A model generated the notes under the pieces. That model had not been told where the DNA came from. It searched no databases and was given only the letters and a program-made list of their open reading frames with translations. From IMG/VR virus record IMGVR_UViG_3300021964_000026, positions 38,932-102,931 of that record: a DNA stretch of 64,000 bases. One strand, 5' to 3'. Of the stretch, positions 22,157 through 30,485 are shown in pieces. The stretch's first letter is position 1. Each line of letters starts with the position of its first letter. The DNA is from a virus. The translations under genes were made by a program, and so were the position numbers.

Positions 22157-22157
22157 T

Positions 22158-22451
22158 TCACCACCCCTCGCTGAACGGCATCGGGCCGTGTGTTGAGCCT
22201 ACGCGTGTTTTGCTTTTTGCTCCATCGGTCGCCTTCTGCATTTCCTCGGCCTTCACGCGTTCCGAAGCACTCGCCCAAACAAACGATGTTTCAAACGCGC
22301 TGATGCTCATGTCCCACACCTGTTGAATGCTGATTCCATAATGCTTGGCTACGAAATACGCCGCCGCATCAAAGTTATGCGACAAGTCGGGCGATGGCTT
22401 TCGTAGAAACTGATAGGCTTCTTCTACTCGTCCGCCCCACCCGCTAAAGGG
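22158..22451 (-). CDS. Tail assembly chaperone, frameshift extension (gpGT-like C-terminal part)
   Basis: -1 frame ORF with no good independent start, overlapping the chaperone at slippery heptamer C-CCT-TTA; encodes AYFVAKHYGISIQQVWDMS, typical of GT extensions. Confidence 0.7.
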   Translation of the reverse strand, partial: PFSGWGGRVEEAYQFLRKPSPDLSHNFDAAAYFVAKHYGISIQQVWDMSISAFETSFVWASASERVKAEEMQKATDGAKSKTRVGSTHGPMPFSEGW

Positions 22452-22792
22452 TTCGCCAGCAGGTCTTGAGGTTGGGGCAACAACGCGGTGATTTGGTTCG
22501 CGATGAATGGCCGTAGCGACAGCATTTGCGGAATGGTGAGGCGCGGTTCTGTTTTCTCCACAGCCTCGGCAAACATGTATTTCCAATAGTTGGCGAGGTC
22601 AATATCAACCGAGCCAGCCGCGCTTAGGTTCACGAAAGTCTTGATTGCGTCTTGCAACTGCATGAAGGAGAGTTCCTTCACCCATACTTTCATGACCACT
22701 TCGGGGTCATTTTCGTCTGCTTGTATTTCATGCTCAACCGCTTGGCTACTCACCAAGAGGCTCATTGGGTCTGCTATTTTCGGCATTGTCAT
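22424..22792 (-). CDS. Tail assembly chaperone (gpG-like)
   Basis: ~120 aa acidic ORF between major tail protein and tape measure, ending just past a slippery site. Confidence 0.7.
   Translation of the reverse strand: MTMPKIADPMSLLVSSQAVEHEIQADENDPEVVMKVWVKELSFMQLQDAIKTFVNLSAAGSVDIDLANYWKYMFAEAVEKTEPRLTIPQMLSLRPFIANQITALLPQPQDLLANPLAGGADE
22445..22451 (-). other. Programmed -1 ribosomal frameshift site CCCTTTA
   Basis: X-XXY-YYZ heptamer in correct phase (AAC CCT TTA to CCC TTT AGC), joining the two chaperone frames upstream of TMP. Confidence 0.75.
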
Positions 22793-23147
22793 CACTTACT
22801 CCCTCATCACTTGTCGCGGCCTCTTTGGAGGGAACGACGGCCTCGGCTTCAACTGCCTCTTTGGAGGGGGTATCGGCTTCGGTAAGGCGGGTAATGAGTT
22901 CCGCCTTTGTGCCTGTGACCGGTAGACCTCGCGCCCGTAGCAGGGCTTTGAGTTCGTCAACAGTCATGGACTCGTAATTGGGTTCGTCAACTTCAACGGG
23001 TTGTTCTTCCGTCTGTTGCTCTTTGGGGAATGGATTGCCGTCGCTCTTGGCGGCTTCGGGGTTGAACACTTCTTCAACGGGTTCAGCAATGAATGCACCT
23101 TCTGCAACCGCGCGAATACGCAATGGGCGGTTGCTACCAATGTGCAT
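22746..23147 (-). CDS. SAP-domain protein
   Basis: YESMTVDELKALLRARGLPVTGTKAELITRL is a canonical SAP motif; start at MHIGSN follows upstream stop. Confidence 0.8.
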   Translation of the reverse strand: MHIGSNRPLRIRAVAEGAFIAEPVEEVFNPEAAKSDGNPFPKEQQTEEQPVEVDEPNYESMTVDELKALLRARGLPVTGTKAELITRLTEADTPSKEAVEAEAVVPSKEAATSDEGVSDDNAENSRPNEPLGE

Positions 23148-23155
23148 GTCGCGAT

Positions 23156-23305
23156 TCAAGCACCACACCCGCCTTTATCCATGCAGTCGGAACACTTGTT
23201 CTTCCCGCAGTTGTCGCAACACTTGCTCGCGCGGCAACCACTTTTGCCGCACTCGTCGCATCCATCACCTTTCATAATCGTCCAAGCATCGTTCATTGGG
23301 TTCAT
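23156..23305 (-). CDS. Metallothionein-like Cys-rich peptide (49 aa; absent from ORF track)
   Basis: MNPMNDAWTIMKGDGCDECGKSGCRASKCCDNCGKNKCSDCMDKGGCGA*; AGGTGA RBS upstream; fills the gap between two genes exactly. Confidence 0.75.
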   Translation of the reverse strand: MNPMNDAWTIMKGDGCDECGKSGCRASKCCDNCGKNKCSDCMDKGGCGA

Positions 23306-23306
23306 T

Positions 23307-23786
23307 TCATTCACCTAACCGTTGGACTCGTCGCATTGTTGACGCAGACGGCTCAAACACGCTTTGAGGGTTTTTGTCCATTGGGAATGCTTGACGATAG
23401 TCTGCACCTGCTCCCGTTTGTTCTGCTCTTTGAGCCAAACGCTGTTGTTTTGCATCGCGTCTTCGGTCCATGAAACGCTGTTTTGGTGGTCGCGAAATCG
23501 CTGACTCTTCTTGTCCTGTGTGACCTAACGATTGAAACGAGCGTTCGTCACCGACAGATGGGTGTTGCTGACGCTCCGGCCTTCCTGCCCTGTATCCGTA
23601 TTGTCCATAAGTCCGCATGTCTCTTGAAGAAGGATGTGTGTCGCCAGCATTGTAGGTTGCTCCGGGTTGTTGCACAAACTGTTGAGGTATCGTGCCTCCC
23701 GTTCCTAACCGATTCGTTCCTTGCATGTCTGCTTGTTGCTCCGGGTTTGCTTTCAACAATTTCCACGCTTCATTCATCGGATTCAT
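23307..23786 (-). CDS. Hypothetical Q/R-rich protein with MNPMNEAWKLLK leader (159 aa)
   Basis: GAGGTGA RBS before ATG 23786; low-complexity, probably disordered. Confidence 0.7.
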   Translation of the reverse strand: MNPMNEAWKLLKANPEQQADMQGTNRLGTGGTIPQQFVQQPGATYNAGDTHPSSRDMRTYGQYGYRAGRPERQQHPSVGDERSFQSLGHTGQEESAISRPPKQRFMDRRRDAKQQRLAQRAEQTGAGADYRQAFPMDKNPQSVFEPSASTMRRVQRLGE

Positions 23787-23796
23787 TCTGTTCACC

Positions 23797-25743
23797 TCAC
23801 ATATGCAAGAAAGCATCGCGCGAAATCACGCGCACATGCTTCGGCATGATTTTCAATTCACTCTTGATAACACCCTTGTCTTCGGGGATGGGGAGGGGAG
23901 CCTCCGTGATAATGTAGTCGTCAACAACAATAATGACCTCTTCGCGGTTTGCACCAGCACCAGCCTTCGTCAGCGTGAGTGTGATAGGTTCGGTGAAGTC
24001 ATGTGTTCGGTTGGTTCGGAACTCGTGCCAAATCAACGGGTCGCTGGCGATGACGGTCATGGACAATTCGTATTCCATCGTCTTTTCAATCATGAGGTTG
24101 GCGTTGCGCGAACCACCGAAGGGGATTTGCTCAAGCGAATCGCCAGCCGTGTTGCGGTCTTCGGCTTGGCTGTTGCCGCGAATGGTGTAGATGGCTTCGG
24201 TGTTGTTGTTGCCGCTCAAAGCAAAGTTTGTGACTTGCGCGATGTTGACACCAAATGAACTGATTTGTCCGTTGTAGAAGAAGAAGGGCTTCTCGGTGTT
24301 TGGCGCGATGCCAGCCTTCTTTCGGTTGATTGTGCTATTTCCGACATTCTCAAACATGCGGTGCGCGGTGTAGCGGTCGCCTTTGTTGGAGTTCTCAAGA
24401 CGACCGGTGTCGGTGTAGCAGTAGAGCGCGTCAAAGTTGATGCTCAATTTTACTTCTGCATCTGCGTCAGCCGCGAGTGAGAAGTCCTTTACTTTGCATC
24501 CTTTCCAAACGCGCGTAAGTTGTTTGCTGTCCGATGCGGAACCGGGTGCGGCTTCGTTCGCTAATGCATCCGATGTGTTAGCGTTGTAAGAACCGGTGTT
24601 GCGAGTGCGAATGCTTGATTCAAGAGCAAAAGTGGGGAGTGTAGCACCGGAGAAAAGCAGTCGCGATTGACGGTTGGTGATGGTTCCGTAGGTGGCCGCG
24701 TCGGTGTCAAAGTGCGGCGAACCGTTGGATGAAGCGGCATCATACTTCAAACGCTTGATGGTGTAGTTGCCGAGCGCGTGACTGAAATAGAATGGTTCGT
24801 CAACATGGATTCTGCGCTCGGAGAGCGTCTCGTCAACATACAACACTTGGCGGATTTCGTTTCGCTCGGCATTCTCCATTGTGATTCCTGTGCCGTCCGC
24901 ACCCCATGTTGCGCCGGAGGCGGCGGCGGGAGTGTCCTTTGGGAAGGCAACCGTTGTGCCGTCCGCGATGATGATGTAATCACCGGGGTCCGGCTTTCCG
25001 GTCATGGTTCCTGTGAAAGCGACATAGGTATCGCCAGCGGCGATGTCCTTCTTGGTATGACCGCTGGGGTCAGTCATGACTGCGCTTGGCACATCAATGA
25101 CTTCGCGACCGAGTGAGTAGTAGAGCCAACGCGCGCTGTTCATCATTATTTCCATTGAGCCGCCCTCGTTGGAGAATCGCTGTGGTTCTTGGATGACAAC
25201 ATCACGGCCTACGCCGACGATGTGCGAGCGTCGCACTTCCACTTTGGTTTCGGGAAGCGAGACGGTTGCCGCGAGGCCGATGAATTGGTCAGTCAACACC
25301 GACTCGTCAGCGGAAGCGGCATTAGCGTGATGGGTCATACCGGTGTCAATCGTGGGCGTTCCCAGCGTTTGAATGACGAGTTCATCACCCGAAGTTGAAG
25401 CAGTTGATGTGGCCTCCTTCAAATCGCGGTCAAGTGTGATTGATGTTCCAGCGTTCGCGACGATGGTGTAGGAGTTGCCCGTCGTCGCGTAGTCGTCAAG
25501 AGGGAATGTTCCGCCGCCGATGATGCGGAGTTCCGAGCCGACGAGCATGTTCTTGGGGTATCGGAGGTTGGATGAAGGAGACTCAAAGAAACCTGCGTTC
25601 GCGCCGCTAAAGGTCAACACATTGCGATTGCTTGAGTCAACTGTAAACACAAGTCCGCCAAATGAACCATGCGCGAGAACGATTCCACATTCTTTGCCGA
25701 ATGTGACCTCGGATAAGTCGCCCTTGTAAACCGTTGATACCAT
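23797..25743 (-). CDS. Major tail (tube) protein with insertion domains (648 aa)
   Basis: Position between terminator-like gene and chaperones; tube-like motifs (EVTFGKE..., LPTFALE..., GCKVKDFSL..., PFFFYNG...). Confidence 0.7.
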   Translation of the reverse strand: MVSTVYKGDLSEVTFGKECGIVLAHGSFGGLVFTVDSSNRNVLTFSGANAGFFESPSSNLRYPKNMLVGSELRIIGGGTFPLDDYATTGNSYTIVANAGTSITLDRDLKEATSTASTSGDELVIQTLGTPTIDTGMTHHANAASADESVLTDQFIGLAATVSLPETKVEVRRSHIVGVGRDVVIQEPQRFSNEGGSMEIMMNSARWLYYSLGREVIDVPSAVMTDPSGHTKKDIAAGDTYVAFTGTMTGKPDPGDYIIIADGTTVAFPKDTPAAASGATWGADGTGITMENAERNEIRQVLYVDETLSERRIHVDEPFYFSHALGNYTIKRLKYDAASSNGSPHFDTDAATYGTITNRQSRLLFSGATLPTFALESSIRTRNTGSYNANTSDALANEAAPGSASDSKQLTRVWKGCKVKDFSLAADADAEVKLSINFDALYCYTDTGRLENSNKGDRYTAHRMFENVGNSTINRKKAGIAPNTEKPFFFYNGQISSFGVNIAQVTNFALSGNNNTEAIYTIRGNSQAEDRNTAGDSLEQIPFGGSRNANLMIEKTMEYELSMTVIASDPLIWHEFRTNRTHDFTEPITLTLTKAGAGANREEVIIVVDDYIITEAPLPIPEDKGVIKSELKIMPKHVRVISRDAFLHM

Positions 25744-25763
25744 GTTGTTTGCCCCGCCCTGTC

Positions 25764-26204
25764 TTACGCGATGAGTTCCGAGAATATAACGATTTCAACT
25801 TGGAAGGTCATCCTGTGGAGTCGCTTTGTCCGGTCCGAAAGGTCAGTCCGCATCTTATAGAGTAATCGGTCAAAGTTCGCGCCATCGCCTTTTCGTTGAC
25901 TATGCACCACGCGACGAACCTCATCCTCCATTTTCATGAGGTGGCTACGACCGTTCATGGTGCGCGCATCCACGGTGATGTTGATGCGCGTGTGAACAAA
26001 GTCGTAGAACACTTCGGGTTGCTCTTCGTTGTGAACCGTTTCGTAAAGGAGGATAGCGTCTTTGTTGGTGAGGTCAAGACGCTTACCGCGACCAGCCTCA
26101 ACCGTCGTGATGTCCTCAATGATGGGTGTGCGTTGGTTCGTGTTGCCACGGTTCCAATTATCCGAGAGGATTTTTTTGATGAGTTCAACGGATTCAAGAG
26201 CCAA
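25764..26204 (-). CDS. Putative tail terminator / tail completion protein (146 aa)
   Basis: TTG start after GGGAGG RBS; size, alpha/beta pattern and position just upstream of tail tube. Confidence 0.55.
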   Translation of the reverse strand: MALESVELIKKILSDNWNRGNTNQRTPIIEDITTVEAGRGKRLDLTNKDAILLYETVHNEEQPEVFYDFVHTRINITVDARTMNGRSHLMKMEDEVRRVVHSQRKGDGANFDRLLYKMRTDLSDRTKRLHRMTFQVEIVIFSELIA

Positions 26205-26469
26205 TAATATCCCTCCCAATTGCAGATTGTGCGCGTGCTTGTTTCTTCGCCAAAGCGACGATGTTTTTGTATTCGGGACTTGACTCGTCCATGACTTTTC
26301 CGTTCGCGTCAATCAACTCTCCTTCGCTGTTGACAGCCGCTCCGTAGTCAAGGGCGCATGCGTCAAGGAAAACGCGACCTTTGTCGCTAAACACGCTGTT
26401 CTCGCGTGCTTGCTTGACAGGCTCTATGAGAGCCTTCGCGATGGCTTTATTGATTATTTCTTTCATCAC
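26194..26469 (-). CDS. Hypothetical head-tail joining region protein (91 aa)
   Basis: Coupled ORF between adaptor and terminator-like genes. Confidence 0.55.
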   Translation of the reverse strand: MMKEIINKAIAKALIEPVKQARENSVFSDKGRVFLDACALDYGAAVNSEGELIDANGKVMDESSPEYKNIVALAKKQARAQSAIGRDIIGS

Positions 26470-28064
26470 AACACCGTCATCACTTCTGTGTAGCGCGGTA
26501 AGGTTTCTGCTACCTGCGCCTTGAACAACTGATACTTACTACCCAAGTCCACATTCTGCGTGCCTTCGGGCAACAGCACGCTTCGGTCGTCGGACAGAAT
26601 CAAATCCATCGCGACCAACTTCGTGCAAACATCCTCAATAGCCTTCTCAACATACCGCTCACCGTAAACATAGGACACCTTGACGGCGTTCCATGAGAAG
26701 TAGGGGTAGGAGTTGTTGAAGTAAATCACACCCATGTCGTAGTCAGCCCACCAATCACGAAGACGAGCCTCGTCGCCTGTGGTCGTGCCTACATAATCAA
26801 TTTTGAACTTCTTTTGGAGGATGGTCGCGTCAGCGACAGCCGCCGCGCTGATGTCGCCTACGAGGTCAGCAACACCGCTCATGACATTCCCGCTAAGGCT
26901 GGTGTAGTAGCCGAACGCGCTTCCAATGCTGATGATGCCGTAAGGTGCGAATCCCGTAGCGTCAGCGACCGTGATAGTGGTCGCGGTTGATGACGACACC
27001 GTGGTTGAGTTGTCGGTCGCACCGGTGAAAGTGATGCCGTCGGAGGTGCATGCGTAGGTGGCGTTTTCGCCAGCCTCACCGCGACGCATGGAGGTGATTT
27101 TGAGTTGACCGCCACCGTAGTCAGCATTCGCGGAAGCCATAAACTCGTGATGCACCGATGCGGTGATTTGCCCGTCGGTGGCGGCGGTTGTGTCTTCAAG
27201 GTGAAAGTTGGGTGAGAAATGAATCTCATTTTTCCCTTTGCGCGTATCCTTATTGATGAGGTCGGCAAGTTGTTGAGCGGTGCTAACATTGTCAAAACGA
27301 GCCGCGAACCGATGCGTGTGGTTGCTTGTGCCATCACCAGCCGTCAGCGTAGCCACACCTCCACCACCGGGACACAGAAACACTTTGTCCGTCCCAGCCG
27401 TCAGTTGCGTAAAGTCAGCCACCTTAAGTCGGATTTCAGCCGCCGCGATTTCGCGGTAATCAGCACCTTGCCATATCTCAAGGCGAAGAATCTGTTGCGC
27501 GTTGCGGAACATCAAGGGGACAGAACCCACATAGTCGGTGTAGTAGCGGCGACGGTAGGGCTTGTAGGTGTCAAAGTTGAGGTATTCAGCCGTCTGCAAC
27601 ATAGGTCGCCATGCGTTGTTTGTGAGGTTGTCAATTTTGTCTTGGGTGCGGAGGATGAGCGTTTCAACCTGCGCTTTCGTGACCCCTTTGCGTTTGCCGT
27701 TCGTGAACGATTGGAGGTTTTGCACCTGCGCGTTTGCCGCTGTGGTGTAGTCTCCTGTCAAAGCCCCTGTGAAAGAAAGACGAACATTGCCGGAAGCGCG
27801 AGCCACACTTGTGATAACTCGTTCCTCACCCATTTCGGTATCGCTGGTAATTTCAATCGTATCACCTACTTCAAACCCAACCAATCGGTAGTCTGCGGGG
27901 GAAATGTCAACATGGGTAGAGCCGTCTTCTGCGGCCAAGTAAACAGGGTCGGGGAATGGGATTTGAAGAATGTCAGCAACCTTCTGTGCGGATGTGTAGT
28001 AAAGCCTGTCGGGAAAAAGAGGACGACCTTCGCGCTCACCTGTTTGGAATACGGTCGGCATCAC
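26466..28064 (-). CDS. Head-tail adaptor-like protein with large insertions (532 aa)
   Basis: YYTSAQKVADIL...LILRTQDKIDNLTNNAW...VKVSYVYG...AIEDVCTKLVA matches the gp6/gp15-type adaptor pattern. Confidence 0.6.
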   Translation of the reverse strand: MMPTVFQTGEREGRPLFPDRLYYTSAQKVADILQIPFPDPVYLAAEDGSTHVDISPADYRLVGFEVGDTIEITSDTEMGEERVITSVARASGNVRLSFTGALTGDYTTAANAQVQNLQSFTNGKRKGVTKAQVETLILRTQDKIDNLTNNAWRPMLQTAEYLNFDTYKPYRRRYYTDYVGSVPLMFRNAQQILRLEIWQGADYREIAAAEIRLKVADFTQLTAGTDKVFLCPGGGGVATLTAGDGTSNHTHRFAARFDNVSTAQQLADLINKDTRKGKNEIHFSPNFHLEDTTAATDGQITASVHHEFMASANADYGGGQLKITSMRRGEAGENATYACTSDGITFTGATDNSTTVSSSTATTITVADATGFAPYGIISIGSAFGYYTSLSGNVMSGVADLVGDISAAAVADATILQKKFKIDYVGTTTGDEARLRDWWADYDMGVIYFNNSYPYFSWNAVKVSYVYGERYVEKAIEDVCTKLVAMDLILSDDRSVLLPEGTQNVDLGSKYQLFKAQVAETLPRYTEVMTVL

Positions 28065-28921
28065 TCATCCTCCATTCTCGCGCGATAATCAAGGAACCTG
28101 TTTTTCAAGTTTTTCGGCATTTTAGGTAGTCTTCCGTGTTCTTGATGGAAAGCGTGTATGTCGGGGAACAGGTGGTCAACTCTACCGCCGCGTGATTCTT
28201 TGCGAGTGCGACGCAGTTTTTGTTCAAACTCTTCTTGCGCTCGTCGTTGCGCTAATTGGAGGTTGTATTGTTGAACGCGAGGTGTTTCTTTTGGAGCCTG
28301 TGCTTGAGACTGTTGACGGATGCGCTGTTCTTCTGCTTGCATTTCTCGCAACTTTTGAGCGTGTTCTGCGAAACCTTGAGCCTCCATTTCTTCGGGCGTC
28401 ATTTTCAGCAACCGCCAAGCCAACTCCATCGCTTCGCCAGCGTTTTTTTGCTGAAAATCACGAATGTTTTGATTGAAGTCCCCATGCACCGAATCCTGCC
28501 AATCACTTTCCCCTCTATTGGGAGGCATAGGATTCTTTTCATTGTCGCGGCCAACATCAATCATGTTTCTTTTAGGGATGATGTTCACCCCTCGCCTCGC
28601 TCGCTCATCGGATAACCGTTGATGCCATTCCGCACTCGGTGCGACATGTTGAGCAAAGTCCAATTCCTTAGCACTCCATTGTGATACATCGTCGGGTCGT
28701 TGCGCTACCCACGATTCCCATTCTTGCGGACTCGGAACCCTTCCCATGTAACCTCCGCCTCTATTGTTAGGGTCAAACTCCAATCGCGACTGCCTCGGTG
28801 CGAATAAGCCAATTTCGGGTGTATTCAAAGGAAGTGGCGGGGTGTCCCCATGATACGCGGGAGGTTCCTCACCCGCGGCGTTATTTTTCAACAGCCTCCA
28901 AGAGAAGTTCATTGGATTCAT
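28061..28921 (-). CDS. Hypothetical protein with two copies of the MxxxWRLLK tag
   Basis: ATG 28921 in TGATG overlap; N-terminal MNPMNFSWRLLK and internal AMELAWRLLK. Confidence 0.7.
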   Translation of the reverse strand: MNPMNFSWRLLKNNAAGEEPPAYHGDTPPLPLNTPEIGLFAPRQSRLEFDPNNRGGGYMGRVPSPQEWESWVAQRPDDVSQWSAKELDFAQHVAPSAEWHQRLSDERARRGVNIIPKRNMIDVGRDNEKNPMPPNRGESDWQDSVHGDFNQNIRDFQQKNAGEAMELAWRLLKMTPEEMEAQGFAEHAQKLREMQAEEQRIRQQSQAQAPKETPRVQQYNLQLAQRRAQEEFEQKLRRTRKESRGGRVDHLFPDIHAFHQEHGRLPKMPKNLKNRFLDYRARMEDE

Positions 28922-29187
28922 CAAACCACCTCTTCGGTCTTCGCGAGGTTATACTCCATCGGCTTCTTGCATGCACCGCATCGCTCAAGGTAGCAAAAGT
29001 GGAGCATGCCGCAGAAGCGGCAACGCGTGCCGGAACCGATGTTCACAATGTCTCGGATGTTGCGCGTCTTCATGTTTTGACGCTTGATAACACCCTTCAA
29101 CTTGTCGCGCTCATCGGTCTTGACCATTGATTCTTCGGCCTTACGCCAGCCTTGTTTCTCAAGGCGTTGCAGTTCACTCAAATCCAT
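28921..29187 (-). CDS. Zn-ribbon protein (88 aa)
   Basis: CRFCG...CGAC; GAGGTGA RBS before ATG 29187. Confidence 0.75.
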   Translation of the reverse strand: MDLSELQRLEKQGWRKAEESMVKTDERDKLKGVIKRQNMKTRNIRDIVNIGSGTRCRFCGMLHFCYLERCGACKKPMEYNLAKTEEVV

Positions 29188-29197
29188 GTCGTTCACC

Positions 29198-29371
29198 TCA
29201 CGAGGTGACGACTACGACATAGAGGTTGCCCTGCATGGTGTAAGAGGTGATACCCTCAACCGTCTTCCCGTTGGTGTAGTCGTCAAGGACCTTTTGCACG
29301 CCACCAGCCACAGCCGCGCCTGTCTCGCACCCTTCGTTGGGTGTGAACTCAAACACTTTTGTGTCGGACAA
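29198..29371 (-). CDS. Small virion-region protein (57 aa; absent from ORF track)
   Basis: TTG start after GAGGTGA: MSDTKVFEFTPNEGCETGAAVAGGVQKVLDDYTNGKTVEGITSYTMQGNLYVVVVTS*; fills the intergenic gap. Confidence 0.7.
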   Translation of the reverse strand: MSDTKVFEFTPNEGCETGAAVAGGVQKVLDDYTNGKTVEGITSYTMQGNLYVVVVTS

Positions 29372-29382
29372 GGTGAATCACC

Positions 29383-29631
29383 TCATCGCTTGCCGACGAC
29401 GAAGAGCCTTCCACCTGCCGCGTTTGCGGGGTCAGTAAACTTGAGGGTGGTCCCGTCAATGGTCGCGCCATGAGGCGCGCCAACGCCACCCAAAGGTGAA
29501 ACGGTTCCCATGAGGATTTCGCTAAGGAAAGCACTCAAGTCTGCTTCGGTATCACCGTTTGCAACGGTTCCGGTAATCACAATCATGTCGCCAATAGTGT
29601 GCGGTCGGTTATCGCTAACAAATGCCATCAT
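29383..29631 (-). CDS. Small beta-rich structural protein (82 aa)
   Basis: Coupled ORF downstream of MCP; halovirus-like small capsid-region protein pattern. Confidence 0.6.
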   Translation of the reverse strand: MMAFVSDNRPHTIGDMIVITGTVANGDTEADLSAFLSEILMGTVSPLGGVGAPHGATIDGTTLKFTDPANAAGGRLFVVGKR

Positions 29632-30002
29632 TCATCATCTCCTGTTGGTTCTGCTTCTTCGCCATCGGTTAAAGACTCTTCGGACGGGTTGAGGTGCGCG
29701 TCAATTGCCGCGAGCAACTTCTTCTTGGTGGACAGGGAAGAGGATTCAATTTCCTTTTCCTCCATCCACGCGAGAATGTCGCCTTTCGTCCAACCCATGT
29801 CGGGAATGCCGTCGTCGCCAGCGTCCACGGTTGGGGCTTCAAAGGTGTAGCCCTCAATCCGGAACTCCGGCCCGTCAATAGCCACACGGTTTGCCTCAAG
29901 CCATTCAGCCGAGACTTCGCGGGCTTTACCCCAAGTCCACCAACCTAAACGACCCATGTTCGCGCCAGCGCGTCGTGGACCTTTGTAGGTAATCGTTGGC
30001 AG
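29628..30002 (-). CDS. Protein with C-terminal HeH/LEM-like domain; probable CTG start
   Basis: WTKGDILAWMEEKEIESSSLSTKKKLLAAI is HeH-like; GAGGTGG RBS 5 nt before CTG at 30002. Confidence 0.6.
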   Translation of the reverse strand: MPTITYKGPRRAGANMGRLGWWTWGKAREVSAEWLEANRVAIDGPEFRIEGYTFEAPTVDAGDDGIPDMGWTKGDILAWMEEKEIESSSLSTKKKLLAAIDAHLNPSEESLTDGEEAEPTGDDE

Positions 30003-30012
30003 AAGAACCACC

Positions 30013-30474
30013 TCAAACCACAAGCAAAAGAAGTTCAGCACCCGTCGTATCGTCGGTTGTGCCGTCGCTGGACAGTTCAACATCAAAGGTCAAAACAAGC
30101 GCGCTGGTCTTGGTCACACCAAGAGAAGCGGTTGCGTCAGTCTGTGAGGTGTAAACACCAAGAATGCTTGTGATGCCCGCGCCACCTGCGTCCTGTGTTG
30201 GGTCGTTGGAGAGCGTCAGCGTGTCGCCTTCGGTAAGCGCGCTACTCATCGTAATGCCAATCAATCGCGGGCTTTGAGACGAGTTCGTGCCGTCAGCCTG
30301 TCGTGGCTCAAAAGGCGTGAGTGTGCCGGGGTAGGTCCCGGTTCCGCCCGTCTGCCAAGTCGTGCTGTCGTTGTTGCTCGCACCTGCTTGCATTTCAATG
30401 TCAAAGTTCACGGTAGTCGTAGCCGTTCCGCTACAAGTGTATCGTATTCCTCGGTTGTCTTTTTCTGTTGCCAT
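30013..30474 (-). CDS. Putative capsid decoration / minor capsid protein (153 aa)
   Basis: Thr/Gly-rich beta protein directly after MCP; GAGGTGA RBS. Confidence 0.55.
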   Translation of the reverse strand: MATEKDNRGIRYTCSGTATTTVNFDIEMQAGASNNDSTTWQTGGTGTYPGTLTPFEPRQADGTNSSQSPRLIGITMSSALTEGDTLTLSNDPTQDAGGAGITSILGVYTSQTDATASLGVTKTSALVLTFDVELSSDGTTDDTTGAELLLLVV

Positions 30475-30485
30475 ATTTCATCACC

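Noticed and set aside
23797-25743. 648-aa protein as contractile tail sheath
   Set aside because: No separate tube gene or baseplate-wedge genes seen; motifs fit a tube protein with insertions.
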